A stretch of DNA of 64,000 nucleotides from IMG/VR virus record IMGVR_UViG_3300047564_002075, one strand, 5' to 3'. The notes below the pieces were generated by a model, which worked only from the letters and a program-made list of their open reading frames with translations, ran no database searches and was not told the origin of the DNA. Positions 16,817 to 27,636 of the stretch are shown here, piece after piece. Made by a program: the position numbers and the translations under genes. Numbering within the stretch: the stretch's first letter is position 1; each line of letters opens with the position of its first letter. Source of the DNA: an uncultured virus (IMG/VR IMGVR_UViG_3300047564_002075) (lineage: Duplodnaviria; Heunggongvirae; Uroviricota; Caudoviricetes).

Positions 16817-17419
16817 TTATTCAGCTGGTGTTTCTTCTGGAGTAGCGTCTAATATAGTTGGAGTTTCTTCAACTACAGGTTCTTCAACTACTTCTTCAAT
16901 AATCTCTGGTTCTTGATCTTCAACAACTTCCCATCTGTTATACTTCTGACCAGTTACATAAGATGCAAGTTCCTCAACTGTTGTGAGTGCAGTGATATAT
17001 GCAATCTTATTCTGGGAAATAACTCTAATATCTTCTCTTCTCTGCTTTACTTCTGGATCTACTGCAGTGCCATTATCAAACTCTCTGACAATCATCCAAT
17101 CTGTTGGTTGAAGTAGGGAGTTTGCAGTTTCCTTGGTTTGATTAATCCAAAGAGATTTTAGGCCAGTAGTTGTATATGGATCTCCTTCTTCTGGAGTTAC
17201 TTCTTCATCTTCAAGTTGTTTTGGTAGAAGTTGACCATCTTGATCATATCCCCAATAGAATCTTTGATCATAGATGGCAGGTTCTGGCGCTTCTGTGATT
17301 CCAATCGCTTCCTTTTCTTCCAGAGTAGCAAGTCTCAACCAGTTTGCAGGATACTGAATTCCTTCTGGTGTTGTGAATGGTACATCTAATGGAAGTGGAT
17401 TTCCGTTAAGTAAAAACAT
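16817..17419 (-). CDS. tail fibre assembly/chaperone-like protein
   Basis: YPANWLRL...YDQRFYWG...LLQPTDW. Confidence 0.7.
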   Translation of the reverse strand: MFLLNGNPLPLDVPFTTPEGIQYPANWLRLATLEEKEAIGITEAPEPAIYDQRFYWGYDQDGQLLPKQLEDEEVTPEEGDPYTTTGLKSLWINQTKETANSLLQPTDWMIVREFDNGTAVDPEVKQRREDIRVISQNKIAYITALTTVEELASYVTGQKYNRWEVVEDQEPEIIEEVVEEPVVEETPTILDATPEETPAE

Positions 17420-17453
17420 CGTTTTAATTACTTTATGAGTATTTATGATTTAA

Positions 17454-20400
17454 TTAGCGAGCACGGGCTATCTTGAATGGATTTTCGGCAAATGCAGCGT
17501 AAATATAAGTTGCAGCAGACTCATTTTCAAATACATCATTAGATCTCAATTTAAATCCATTACTTAAAATATCTACCACTCCACCACTATCAGTAGCTTC
17601 TTGGTTGGCAACGTTTGGATGAATTCTATAGTTCAAGTTGTTTGCACCAATTCTCTTTGTGTCAAATAGTGACCACCACTGAACATTTGTTGATACAGAT
17701 ACTTTTTTCCATAGAACCCATCGGGGCCTGAAGCCTGTGTACACGAAAGGCCCATCAGCTGATCCATTGCCAGTATAAGTACCGAAAGAAGAAAATCCTG
17801 CAACTTGAGCAAAGCAATATGCTACATAAGTACCACCAGAAACGTTTTGATAATTGTCTCCATTTGTGTTGTCTGGATAAAATACTGTTGAAGTTGGTAA
17901 TGAATACCAATAATTTGATGCGTTATTCCACCAAGGATTTCCAGTATTTAATTGAAGTAGTTTTAAACCACCAGATGTATGGTAAACACCCCAATCTTGA
18001 GCTGCATTTCTCCTCTTAAAGATAATCATTGACGGAGTTGTATTTAACCCGTGGCCAACTGTAGCTGAAACAGTACTATTACCACTATAAGTTACTACAG
18101 ATATACCTACAGAAGGATTTGCTCTTACTTGACTTTGAATAGTACCAGAAGTATTTGTAACTGTAGAAGTTCCGGCATTCCACATCCAAGCAACATACGT
18201 TGTTGATGCATCGTTAGTGTTTAAGTTAGCATTTGGAAAAGTTACTCCATCTGCATTGAAAGTACTAATTAAAGGTGTTGCTCCTCCAGCAGATCCATTA
18301 TCCTCTACACCAGTATTATTTGAGGATAATCTCAAACTTCCTCCACGAATAATGTCAATTAAATTATGAAAATAAGCATTATTACGAGATTTACCCCAAA
18401 ATAATCCTGGAGTGAATTTTAGTCCAGTGATACTTTGACTAGAACCATTTCCAGAATATGAGACTACATCCATCCCTGTAGAACCATCTGTAATACTTGG
18501 AGTCACTAAATTCTGGGTACAGAGGCATTTAAATCCACTTGGAGCCGAATATGCAAATGGGCGTTGTCCAAAATTATATGTGTAAATTGCTCCCGCAAAT
18601 GTAAATTGTGCGGGGAATATTGTTCCAGTTATTCCAGAAAATGCCTCATTTACTCCTGTTGCAGGATTTCCACTTGCAAACCATGTACCATTTTTACCCC
18701 ACCAAATTTTTCCATTATCCATATCAAGAGCAACCATAACAATATCTCCAGTTGCCAATGCTGAACCATAGGAAGTTCCAGATTGATTTCTAAATTTATT
18801 TCCACTGTTGGTTTGCAATCCCCAAGATCCAGAATCCCATCCAACATATGTGGTTATACTATGAGCAGCATTTGCAATACCAATAGTAGGACTTGCTCCA
18901 GCTTCATTTGTGGCAGTAACTTCCCAATACCACTTACCAGAAGAAACACCTATTGTCCCCCTAATGGAATGATATGGAGATGTAGTATTTGATGCAGTGA
19001 CTCTTAGATTACCATCAGATACAGTGATTAAAGATCCTTTGTCATTAGGATTCATCGTACAATAATTGCCCCTCACTTCGCCGCCAAGGCCTGTATCTAA
19101 TCCATAATTTGTTGGAGAATCTTCAAACGAATCACCAATGGCAGCAACCGCAGGAAACTGAGTAGATGAAGGGACTGTAAAGTTACTTGTGTATTTTGCT
19201 AATCCTTTATAGATTCTTACGTCTTGAACATCACCATTAAATGTATATCTTAATGAAACCACACTATTTGAATCTCCAACAGTAATTCTTGTAGAAGTAG
19301 TTGTTGGATTGTTAGTTGATGTTGTTGAATATATCATAACTCCATTACAAAAAATATAATGATTTATTCCACTTTTTACCAATGCAAGATGATTCCACCC
19401 ACCTACACGAACATAAGCATTTGTATAAGTAGTGTCTCCAAATCCTGCAGGAAAACCATAAGTTTTAATCTCATTATTTGCGTTCATGCCAAAAACTGGC
19501 ATATCAGTTGTATCAACTGGGCGGGTATCAATAATAGTTTCAAATGCCTGCAGGCCTGCCCCATTTCGTTTAACCCAACATTCAATAGTATAATCAGAAG
19601 ACAAAAATGCAAGATCACTACTTGTTGAACTTGTAATGTTAGAAGAAGAGTTTCCAGACAATCTTGCACTACCACCATAATATTGAGAAGATGCAGTGGT
19701 AGAACTAACACCAGCACCTGCTGTTATAGTAAGAGCAGCTGCAGTTCTTCCTGTTGGTACTTGATCTGTTATGTTTAATCCAGCAGAAGTTCCACCAGCT
19801 ACTGCATACACTAGATTCGCAGCAAATGGATCAGAACGAACACCAGTATCTAAAGTTTGTCCATATGTACCAGTAGTGTTTAAAATTGGCAATGCTGCAG
19901 TAGTGGCAGATAGAGAAGTTGGTCCTCCAGTAGAAACTGTTAAATTAACGGGAGTGTAATCTTTTCTCTCTGGTGGAATAAAACTTGATGTATATTTTGC
20001 GATTCCCTTATAAATTCTAACATCTTGTAAGTATCCAGAAATGTAACTTGATCCTCTTGGATCATATCCAACATATAGTGGTGTACTTGCACTATTAAAA
20101 ATGGTTGATGTTCCAATATTATGAGTATGTACTAGATTACCGTTCACAAACATATTTAAATAGGATCCTTTTCTGGATACAGCTAAATGTCTCCATCTAG
20201 AATCTGATACGTAAACTCCACTATTTACAACTATAGCGGTATTTCCATCTGTAGTATAAATGAAACAAAAATTATTTCCACCATCCACACTTTTGGATCT
20301 AAAATCCCAACAGGCAGTGCCTGTACCTAACCACCTACCAACCACAGCAGGATAGTCTGATGTGTCTCTGACATTTACAAACGCTTCAATTGTAAAATCT

Positions 20401-22205
20401 CCATTACCTAAGTCCCAATCTGATGAATATGCGTACTCCAGATAATCACCAGTACCATCAAAATAACCAGATGTTCCATAAAATCTAGAAGATGAATTTG
20501 AAATTACCGAATTTCCATATCTAGTTGCAGTTTTGTTACTTCCACTACCTTTAATTGTTGCACTTAGATCACTGAATGTAGTTGATCCTGTAGCTCCATC
20601 CATTGGAAGTGCGAGAACCAAATTGGATGCAAACGAATCTGTTCTCGTACCAGATCCTTTTACTACACCGAAATCATCTGTGGTGTTATGAATTGGAAGT
20701 CCACCAGCGGGTTCAGATGGGTAGAAATTTGTGGTGTACTTTGCAACACCTTTGTAGATTCTAAAATCTTGTAAATAACCATCAAAACCTAATGTAACAC
20801 CAACTGGAAATTGAGTGTATCTTCCAATTTGCCATGGATTTCCATTATCAAATATTGAAATTGCAGCAGTTACCGAACCTATGGAAACTCCATTCAAGTA
20901 TCCAGTAAATACATTTCCATTTCTTACTACAGCATAATGATTCCACTTACCAACCAAATCTGTAGACAATCCAAAATTTAAAGTAACCGCCCAAGCACCA
21001 GAAGAATTTGCAAGTAAAGCTGTAATTTGATTATTTGATGATTCTTTATAAAATAAAAATCCTTGTTGATCTCCATTTCCTGGTTTACTAATAATTCCTT
21101 CATAATGTTGAGTAGAATTTGTAAGATATACCCATACTTCAAATGTAAAATTATCACTGCCAAATTCTAAATCTGCACTGTCTGGAACTGTTAGATATGA
21201 AGTTGCCGCCCTGCTAAAAGCACCGGCAGACTGCCCATAGAATTGAGAAAAACTGTTGGTGAAAGATACAGAATTATTTGTTACTGTTTTATTTACACCA
21301 GAACCTTTGATTGTGGCTGAATAATCATTTGCATTGTCTAAAGGCATCGCAAGAACAAGAGAACTTGCAAAAGGATCTACTCTTGTACCTACACCTTTAG
21401 TTCTTCCAAAAATATCTGTAGTGTTGTAGATTGGTTGAGCACCAGTTGAACTAGTGATTGGATTATATGCAATTGTTCCAATACCACTAGTATTCTTTCC
21501 TAGTGTGGTTGCAGTATTTGATGATGTATCGGAGAATGGGAGGTGGAAACTATTCCCTACAAAAAGTCCTTCATATTCTTTTGGTTGCCAGATACCATTT
21601 AAGTCTGTCTCGCCGAATGCAGTTGGTTCCAGTTCTAGACCATCAATGAAATAACTATCAGCCAAATATCCATTTAGATATTCAGTGCTAGCACCAGACT
21701 GACCAAACCAATGTGGGACAACATTATTAAATGCTCCTTCAATAGATTGACTTGGATATGTTGTAGTTGAAAATGATGTAACTCTGACACCATTCACATA
21801 TATTTTTAATCTGTCAGTTGATGTTACATTATTAGTATTGCAAGAAACTACAATGTGATACCATGCAGAACAATCTCTGTATACCGATGTTGTTATAATA
21901 TTAAATTGAGATGTATTAACAGTAGATGCAAATTGTATATTGTCTGTGTCAGTAAATCTTATTGCAGCGTCGTTTCCAGAAGCACCACTATACACATTAA
22001 AAATTCTTTGAAAAGACCCTAATGATCCTCGTTTGACCCAACAAGCCCAAGTCCAAGTTCTCCTATTTCCAACTGTGCTTGGGGTAAAGGTAAAGTGTGA
22101 TGAATCTGCCGAATTAAACCTTACACTAGCACTAATTGGATAATCAATTGTAGAAACACTTTGACCACTAGAACCAATCAGGGTATTATTAAATACTGGA
22201 CTCAT
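17454..22205 (-). CDS. large adhesin/fibre with multiple LamG (ConA-like) repeats and a SPRY-like domain
   Basis: Three repeats bounded by PIxNTT...D.FA..LV.A and QD.RIYKG.AKYT; GKWYWEV...ALDMDNGKIWWGKNG SPRY-like segment. Confidence 0.85.
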   Translation of the reverse strand: MSPVFNNTLIGSSGQSVSTIDYPISASVRFNSADSSHFTFTPSTVGNRRTWTWACWVKRGSLGSFQRIFNVYSGASGNDAAIRFTDTDNIQFASTVNTSQFNIITTSVYRDCSAWYHIVVSCNTNNVTSTDRLKIYVNGVRVTSFSTTTYPSQSIEGAFNNVVPHWFGQSGASTEYLNGYLADSYFIDGLELEPTAFGETDLNGIWQPKEYEGLFVGNSFHLPFSDTSSNTATTLGKNTSGIGTIAYNPITSSTGAQPIYNTTDIFGRTKGVGTRVDPFASSLVLAMPLDNANDYSATIKGSGVNKTVTNNSVSFTNSFSQFYGQSAGAFSRAATSYLTVPDSADLEFGSDNFTFEVWVYLTNSTQHYEGIISKPGNGDQQGFLFYKESSNNQITALLANSSGAWAVTLNFGLSTDLVGKWNHYAVVRNGNVFTGYLNGVSIGSVTAAISIFDNGNPWQIGRYTQFPVGVTLGFDGYLQDFRIYKGVAKYTTNFYPSEPAGGLPIHNTTDDFGVVKGSGTRTDSFASNLVLALPMDGATGSTTFSDLSATIKGSGSNKTATRYGNSVISNSSSRFYGTSGYFDGTGDYLEYAYSSDWDLGNGDFTIEAFVNVRDTSDYPAVVGRWLGTGTACWDFRSKSVDGGNNFCFIYTTDGNTAIVVNSGVYVSDSRWRHLAVSRKGSYLNMFVNGNLVHTHNIGTSTIFNSASTPLYVGYDPRGSSYISGYLQDVRIYKGIAKYTSSFIPPERKDYTPVNLTVSTGGPTSLSATTAALPILNTTGTYGQTLDTGVRSDPFAANLVYAVAGGTSAGLNITDQVPTGRTAAALTITAGAGVSSTTASSQYYGGSARLSGNSSSNITSSTSSDLAFLSSDYTIECWVKRNGAGLQAFETIIDTRPVDTTDMPVFGMNANNEIKTYGFPAGFGDTTYTNAYVRVGGWNHLALVKSGINHYIFCNGVMIYSTTSTNNPTTTSTRITVGDSNSVVSLRYTFNGDVQDVRIYKGLAKYTSNFTVPSSTQFPAVAAIGDSFEDSPTNYGLDTGLGGEVRGNYCTMNPNDKGSLITVSDGNLRVTASNTTSPYHSIRGTIGVSSGKWYWEVTATNEAGASPTIGIANAAHSITTYVGWDSGSWGLQTNSGNKFRNQSGTSYGSALATGDIVMVALDMDNGKIWWGKNGTWFASGNPATGVNEAFSGITGTIFPAQFTFAGAIYTYNFGQRPFAYSAPSGFKCLCTQNLVTPSITDGSTGMDVVSYSGNGSSQSITGLKFTPGLFWGKSRNNAYFHNLIDIIRGGSLRLSSNNTGVEDNGSAGGATPLISTFNADGVTFPNANLNTNDASTTYVAWMWNAGTSTVTNTSGTIQSQVRANPSVGISVVTYSGNSTVSATVGHGLNTTPSMIIFKRRNAAQDWGVYHTSGGLKLLQLNTGNPWWNNASNYWYSLPTSTVFYPDNTNGDNYQNVSGGTYVAYCFAQVAGFSSFGTYTGNGSADGPFVYTGFRPRWVLWKKVSVSTNVQWWSLFDTKRIGANNLNYRIHPNVANQEATDSGGVVDILSNGFKLRSNDVFENESAATYIYAAFAENPFKIARAR

Positions 22206-22801
22206 GAATAATTACCTGTAAATACTGCATGGATTGAAGTTGAACTACGAACAATGTAGTCAATTCTATCAACGGCGTTTGCTGCTGTTGTTAAAGTTGG
22301 AGCGGTTCCTCCAATAAAGTCCCAATAGCTTCCCCAAGAAGCTGTCTTACTTCCAGTACCATCTTGAACAATAAAGATACTTCCAGACTGTCCTGCAACT
22401 AGATTAGTTGGATTTGCAATTGTTCTGTTTCCGCCGAGTGTGACTGCAAAATTATTGCTGTCTGCAAAATCTGGGGTGATAGTTGCCCCGTCTGTTAGTG
22501 TTGTAATCTCTGCTCTTTGTGCAGCAGTATATGTTTGAGCAACATCTGTCTTTGCAGTGTCTACATCATATGCTTGAACAGTAGAACCAATTGCATTTGT
22601 TTGAACGTAGTTACTTAGAGATGCTGTTGTAGCGTAACTACTCAGAGCAGATTCTTTTGCAAGAGGAACTCCACCTGCAGTAGTTCCATCATGAACAACT
22701 ACTGTTTTTTTCGTTGTATCTACAGTAACTTCAGCCTGAGCACCTGTAAATGATGCGTGCTCTGTAGTTGTTCCTCTTCTTAATTGAACTTGTACTGACA
22801 T
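22202..22801 (-). CDS. short fibre with Mtd-N-like N-terminus
   Basis: VQLRRGTT...EVTVDTTKKTVVVHDG. Confidence 0.75.
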   Translation of the reverse strand: MSVQVQLRRGTTTEHASFTGAQAEVTVDTTKKTVVVHDGTTAGGVPLAKESALSSYATTASLSNYVQTNAIGSTVQAYDVDTAKTDVAQTYTAAQRAEITTLTDGATITPDFADSNNFAVTLGGNRTIANPTNLVAGQSGSIFIVQDGTGSKTASWGSYWDFIGGTAPTLTTAANAVDRIDYIVRSSTSIHAVFTGNYS

Positions 22802-23163
22802 CAGGTTAATCCTCCGTAGTCTTTAGATGAAGTTACTGCCTCTGTGATTGATCCATAACCGGCGATTAAACCGTAATCAATACCACCATTGGTATAAAAA
22901 TTTCCTGTAATATTTATATCTCCAACTACATCTAATTTATGTTGAGGAGTAGTTATACCGATACCAACATTTCTATTTGGTAAAATTGTAATAGCATTCT
23001 GAGAACCTGCGGCAAATCCCAATGCGCCTACACTAGGAGAATAGATGCCACTGGTTGCATCGTTGGTGAATGTTAGAGTTGGGGCAGATACAGTGCCTGG
23101 AGCAAGTGAGAAGGGATTAATCGCCTCTACATATCCAAGTTGTACTTTAGTTGCTGATGGCAT
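22801..23163 (-). CDS. fibre-like structural protein
   Basis: GTVSAPTLTF...GIY and NVGIGITTP motifs. Confidence 0.7.
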   Translation of the reverse strand: MPSATKVQLGYVEAINPFSLAPGTVSAPTLTFTNDATSGIYSPSVGALGFAAGSQNAITILPNRNVGIGITTPQHKLDVVGDINITGNFYTNGGIDYGLIAGYGSITEAVTSSKDYGGLT

Positions 23164-23168
23164 GATAA

Positions 23169-23423
23169 TCAGTCGTAGATTGCTGGATTATTCCATTCTG
23201 GTGTGTTTAAGATTTCCATGATTTCAGAATAGGTGTAATAACCTTCAACTGTTGTTAGTGATTCAACAGAAGATGGTACAGAATCTCCATCCCACTTGAC
23301 AAAAGTTTTAGTACCATCAACTGATCTCCTTACAGTATCAGCAGAAGTTTCTAACACTTGATTAAAATCAATGAGATCAAGTTCTGATGTTGAAAAAATT
23401 GCAAACTGCCGTGATTCGTACAT
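23169..23423 (-). CDS. small fibre-associated protein
   Basis: IDFNQVLETSADTVRRSVDGTKTFVKW; TATAAATA at 23441-23448. Confidence 0.75.
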   Translation of the reverse strand: MYESRQFAIFSTSELDLIDFNQVLETSADTVRRSVDGTKTFVKWDGDSVPSSVESLTTVEGYYTYSEIMEILNTPEWNNPAIYD

Positions 23424-23443
23424 TGTTCTAATTTTTTAAGTAT

Positions 23444-24268
23444 TTATAGTCCAAACCTTGATTTGGTTGAATTGAAATTATTTAATACTTCCGTTGCAGA
23501 TAAAGCCTTTGTGTAAAATCTAAATGAAGCAATATTACCAACAAAATATTCTGAAGATCTATCTTGGTCAAGGTTTCCAAGTCTAGCCCCATTAAATGAA
23601 ACATATGTAGGAACTGACCTTGATTCAGTACCAACATTTACTCCATTTAGATATAAAATATTAGTTGTTCCACTACCAACTAAAACTAAGTTATACCAAG
23701 TATTAATTGAATAACTTGCTTGAATAATATTTGCAACTGTATTAAAACTTGCTGTAATTTTTCCAGTTGTTCCGAATCCATTTAATGTAATCCATACACC
23801 ATATATGTCAAGAAAGTCAAAGATGTCCTGATACTTTGTTCCATCACTTGATCTCCACCAAATATCAAAAGACATCCCATTTGGAACTGACACACCATAT
23901 GGCGTAAATGAAACACTATCATTGGTTCCATCAAAAACTAAAGTTCCACCATTTGAAGAACTATAACCAACTCCATTTTGTAAAGTTCCAATAATTTCAC
24001 CATTTAAATTGTGTATTCGTGGACTGCCCTGAACATAAGATAATGGATATGCTGCATCAAAACTAATTCTCAACTGGTCTTGCACTACTGGTGGTCCTTG
24101 TGTTACTATCTCTGACCACAAAGAACCATTGTAGTATTCGGTGATATTTAAATTCGTGTTAAATCTAGTCTGACCTACCGATGGGGATGCTGGTCTTTGT
24201 GCAATAGTTCCCGATGGTAATCTTAAAAATCCAGTATCGTTAACGGTTAAACTTTTTAGTGATGCCAT
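23444..24268 (-). CDS. LamG-domain adhesin, paralog 3
   Basis: Shared N-terminus LPSGTIAQRP; FDGTND; C-terminus NFNSTKSRFGL. Confidence 0.85.
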   Translation of the reverse strand: MASLKSLTVNDTGFLRLPSGTIAQRPASPSVGQTRFNTNLNITEYYNGSLWSEIVTQGPPVVQDQLRISFDAAYPLSYVQGSPRIHNLNGEIIGTLQNGVGYSSSNGGTLVFDGTNDSVSFTPYGVSVPNGMSFDIWWRSSDGTKYQDIFDFLDIYGVWITLNGFGTTGKITASFNTVANIIQASYSINTWYNLVLVGSGTTNILYLNGVNVGTESRSVPTYVSFNGARLGNLDQDRSSEYFVGNIASFRFYTKALSATEVLNNFNSTKSRFGL

Positions 24269-24270
24269 TG

Positions 24271-25131
24271 TTATACTCCAAAACGGTATCTAAGGGCATT
24301 GAAATTTTGTGCTAGTTCTGCGTTTGTTAGTGCTCTATTATAAACTTGAACGACTGCAATTCTGCCATTAAAAACTGATCCCCCAACACCTGTTGCATCT
24401 CTGACTCCAACGAAAAAATTAGTCAATGATGAAGAAGGAGCACCACCAGATAATGTTTGACTAACAGTAACTACATCATTTTCAATTAAATCTATATTTC
24501 CTCCCCAAGTAACTCGTTGAGTTAACATACTCCAACTATTCAATGGAATTGCTCTTGGACTATCAATTGTATTTGCAGCACCAGTAGAGCTCCATGCATG
24601 TCCTCTAAATCCACCCAATCCTCCTCCTGCTTGAAAATATAACATTAAAAGAACGGAACCAGTAGCTGACCCCGTTCCAACAAAATCTTCAGAACTTCTA
24701 GTAATAGGATTGACCCATACGCTAATTGTGTGATTTGATGATCCTATTCTAGCAATAGTATCATTTGTAACTCTTGCATAATCATCAGTATCATCAAAAG
24801 TTAAACTTCCTTTGTTATTTGCATTATATCCTGGTCCATTTATCAAAGTAGCATTCCTACCATTTCCACTCAAATCAGTCCAAGTAGTTCCAGAACCAGA
24901 GTAAGAACTAGTAATACCAGAATCTAACCAAAGTTGCAATCCATTTTGAACAATAGATTCTCTGCCAGATGTTGTCATCCATCTAGTTCCATTATAATAT
25001 TCTTCGGCACCAAAGTCGGTATTGTACCTAAACATCCCCGCTGATGGAGATACTGGTCGTTGAGCAATTGTTCCTGATGGAAGTTTGATGAAACCAGTGT
25101 CGTTGATTGTTGTATTTTTTAGGTTAGCCAT
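24271..25131 (-). CDS. LamG-domain adhesin, paralog 2
   Basis: LPSGTIAQRP; SYSGSGTTWTDLSGNG; YNRALT. Confidence 0.85.
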   Translation of the reverse strand: MANLKNTTINDTGFIKLPSGTIAQRPVSPSAGMFRYNTDFGAEEYYNGTRWMTTSGRESIVQNGLQLWLDSGITSSYSGSGTTWTDLSGNGRNATLINGPGYNANNKGSLTFDDTDDYARVTNDTIARIGSSNHTISVWVNPITRSSEDFVGTGSATGSVLLMLYFQAGGGLGGFRGHAWSSTGAANTIDSPRAIPLNSWSMLTQRVTWGGNIDLIENDVVTVSQTLSGGAPSSSLTNFFVGVRDATGVGGSVFNGRIAVVQVYNRALTNAELAQNFNALRYRFGV

Positions 25132-25133
25132 AG

Positions 25134-25964
25134 TTAAACTCCAAACCTTCCTCTCATAGCGTTAAAATTCTCTTGTATTTCTTCTTGCGATAAAACACGA
25201 TCATATAACATAGTTGCTGAAATATTTGCAGCCAAAAAGTTAGATCCACCCCCAGTGTGTCTTTGTCCAACATTAATTCTACTAGTAAAATCAAAAACTC
25301 TCGCAGCAATATCAGTTCGTGTTCCAATCAGAGCAGCATTTCTATAAATTCTATAGTCATTATTTGCCCAAGTCCCTGCAATAAACACCCATTCGGATGT
25401 TGATGTTTCATATACTAAGGAGTTTAATGCTCGTCCATTATTATCTGAACCAAATCTCCAACCAGTGTTTCCTCCTTCGTTATATACCAAGGCATCAAAT
25501 ATTGCACCACTTTCACTTTGCAATCCTATTAATGCACCTCCAGTTTGAGAAAGATTACTTAATTTTGCCCAACCACACAAAGTCTTATCAGTTATATTTG
25601 GAGTAAAATTTCCACTCTGACCAAAATCATCTACACCATCATACAAAAGACTTCCACCGTTGGAACTATTATATGTTGGTCCATTAAACAAAGTCGCAAG
25701 TCTATTATTGCCACTTACATCATATAGAGCAGTTCCAGAACCTGGATATGAACTTGGTTCACCTGGATCATAGTATGCGACTAATCCAGTTCGTACCATA
25801 TCTGGCAGAAATCTCCAATTAATTCCATCATAAAATTCTGGAACATTGAATGATGAATTATATCTAATACTTCCAGGAACTAGAGAGGGTCTTTGTGCAG
25901 TAGTTCCAGATGGAAGAACTATGGCACCCGTAGAATCTACAGTAGTATTTTTTAAAGATGCCAT
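25134..25964 (-). CDS. LamG-domain adhesin, paralog 1
   Basis: LPSGTTAQRP; SYPGSGT..YDVSGN; YDRVLS. Confidence 0.85.
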   Translation of the reverse strand: MASLKNTTVDSTGAIVLPSGTTAQRPSLVPGSIRYNSSFNVPEFYDGINWRFLPDMVRTGLVAYYDPGEPSSYPGSGTALYDVSGNNRLATLFNGPTYNSSNGGSLLYDGVDDFGQSGNFTPNITDKTLCGWAKLSNLSQTGGALIGLQSESGAIFDALVYNEGGNTGWRFGSDNNGRALNSLVYETSTSEWVFIAGTWANNDYRIYRNAALIGTRTDIAARVFDFTSRINVGQRHTGGGSNFLAANISATMLYDRVLSQEEIQENFNAMRGRFGV

Positions 25965-25966
25965 GA

Positions 25967-27010
25967 TTACTTACTCTTCAATGATTCAATTTCTTTAGTT
26001 AAAGTTTTAATTGCATCAATTAAGTACACAGAAAGTTTTGTATAATTAATACCCTCTGGATTTCCTTCCGAATCTTTTGTAACAATATTTGGAATAATTT
26101 TATAAACTTCTTCTGCGATTAATCCTGCCTCATTTTTACCAATTCCATTCTTACGATCATATGTAACAGGATTGAGTTGAAGAATCTTTTCAATTGCGTT
26201 TTCAATAGGATTGATATTTTCTTTCAACGTTAAACTGGATGTTTCTGTGATAGTTGTTACTGTTACATCACCTACGATATTTGCGTTTCCGATTACGTGT
26301 AGCTTTGAAGTTGGATCTGTGGTGCCGATACCAACATCACCAGTAGATCTATAGATATCATCGCCAGTTCCAGCAGTCCAGGATGCACCTGCACTAAATG
26401 CAACTCCATTCTGTCTAAGAGTTCCAGTGAAGTTGATATCTCCAACAACATCTAATTTATATTGTGGATTAGTTGTGCCAATGCCAACATCACCGGCGGA
26501 TCTGTAAATATCATCACCAGTGCCAGTTGTCCATCTAGACGCAACGAATGCACTGCCGTTTTGATTCAACGAACCAGTGAAATTGATATCACCCTGTACA
26601 GTTAGAGTATATGCAGCAGAAGCAGTTCCAATACCAACATTAGAACCTTCAATACTCAATGTTGAGTTACTTCCTGCATTATAGTTATATCTTAATTTAA
26701 CTGCAGTTGTTCCGAAATCAATACCTGCAGTATCTAAGTTTGCTAAAGTACTTACACCATCCGCAATGACAATATTCTTATCATCTATACTCAACGTCGT
26801 AGAATTAATAGTTGTGGTACTTCCATCAACTTGAAGATTGCCCTTGATCTGAACAGTTCCTGTATTATCTCCAACTGCTGCGGGATCAATAACCAGTGTT
26901 GCAGGCCCTCTTAGTTCTCCAGTTAAGGTTAGATTTGAATCACTACCAGAACTTGATAGAAGTACGTCACCATTTAAATTTTGTATCTGATTGACTTTTA
27001 ATGTACTCAT
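25967..27010 (-). CDS. tail fibre with C-terminal peptidase S74 intramolecular chaperone
   Basis: SS..LKENINPI...LNPVTY...GLIAEEV...INY..L...IK coiled coil. Confidence 0.8.
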   Translation of the reverse strand: MSTLKVNQIQNLNGDVLLSSSGSDSNLTLTGELRGPATLVIDPAAVGDNTGTVQIKGNLQVDGSTTTINSTTLSIDDKNIVIADGVSTLANLDTAGIDFGTTAVKLRYNYNAGSNSTLSIEGSNVGIGTASAAYTLTVQGDINFTGSLNQNGSAFVASRWTTGTGDDIYRSAGDVGIGTTNPQYKLDVVGDINFTGTLRQNGVAFSAGASWTAGTGDDIYRSTGDVGIGTTDPTSKLHVIGNANIVGDVTVTTITETSSLTLKENINPIENAIEKILQLNPVTYDRKNGIGKNEAGLIAEEVYKIIPNIVTKDSEGNPEGINYTKLSVYLIDAIKTLTKEIESLKSK

Positions 27011-27041
27011 TATTATAAGTCTCTTTTAGTAATATTTATAC

Positions 27042-27620
27042 TCATAGTATTGTCCATACTGCACCAGAAGAGACTGTAACAGTTGCTCCATTTGCAAGTG
27101 TGATTGTAGGACCAAATGATCTAGCGTTATAATTTTCTTGGATTAAATGATTTCCGATTGGAATTGTTTGTGGATTTGCAAATATGGAACCAGAAATTAC
27201 CTTTGATGCAGTAAAATCACCATCACTATCCCATGAAGGACCACCTGTTGATAATTTTGCAGGAGTTACTGCACCATCAGCAAGCCTTGCAGCTGTAATA
27301 CTTCCTTCAGCAATATTCGCAATATCAAAGATGTTGCCGTATGAAATTATAAAACAACTTGTATTGGCTGGAGGTGGAACTGCAAAAATAATTGTATTGT
27401 AGTTGATTCTAAATCCAGTATCACCAGTGGAATCTGGTTCCTGAATAACACCACCCAGAGATACAAACAGATGGGCACTAGAAACTGGATAGAATGCACT
27501 GGTCACTCCATTTACTGTTCTAGTTAGATTAAAAGTAGTTGAAACTCCATTGAAGGCTCCCTCAAGGGAATCCATTATTACTACTTCACCTGGAGTAGGA
27601 TTGCGACCGATATATGCCAT
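27042..27620 (-). CDS. virion structural/fibre protein
   Basis: MAYIGRNP...FNGVSTTFNL...VSLGGVIQEP. Confidence 0.75.
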   Translation of the reverse strand: MAYIGRNPTPGEVVIMDSLEGAFNGVSTTFNLTRTVNGVTSAFYPVSSAHLFVSLGGVIQEPDSTGDTGFRINYNTIIFAVPPPANTSCFIISYGNIFDIANIAEGSITAARLADGAVTPAKLSTGGPSWDSDGDFTASKVISGSIFANPQTIPIGNHLIQENYNARSFGPTITLANGATVTVSSGAVWTIL

Positions 27621-27636
27621 GAAGTTTTATTTTTAT

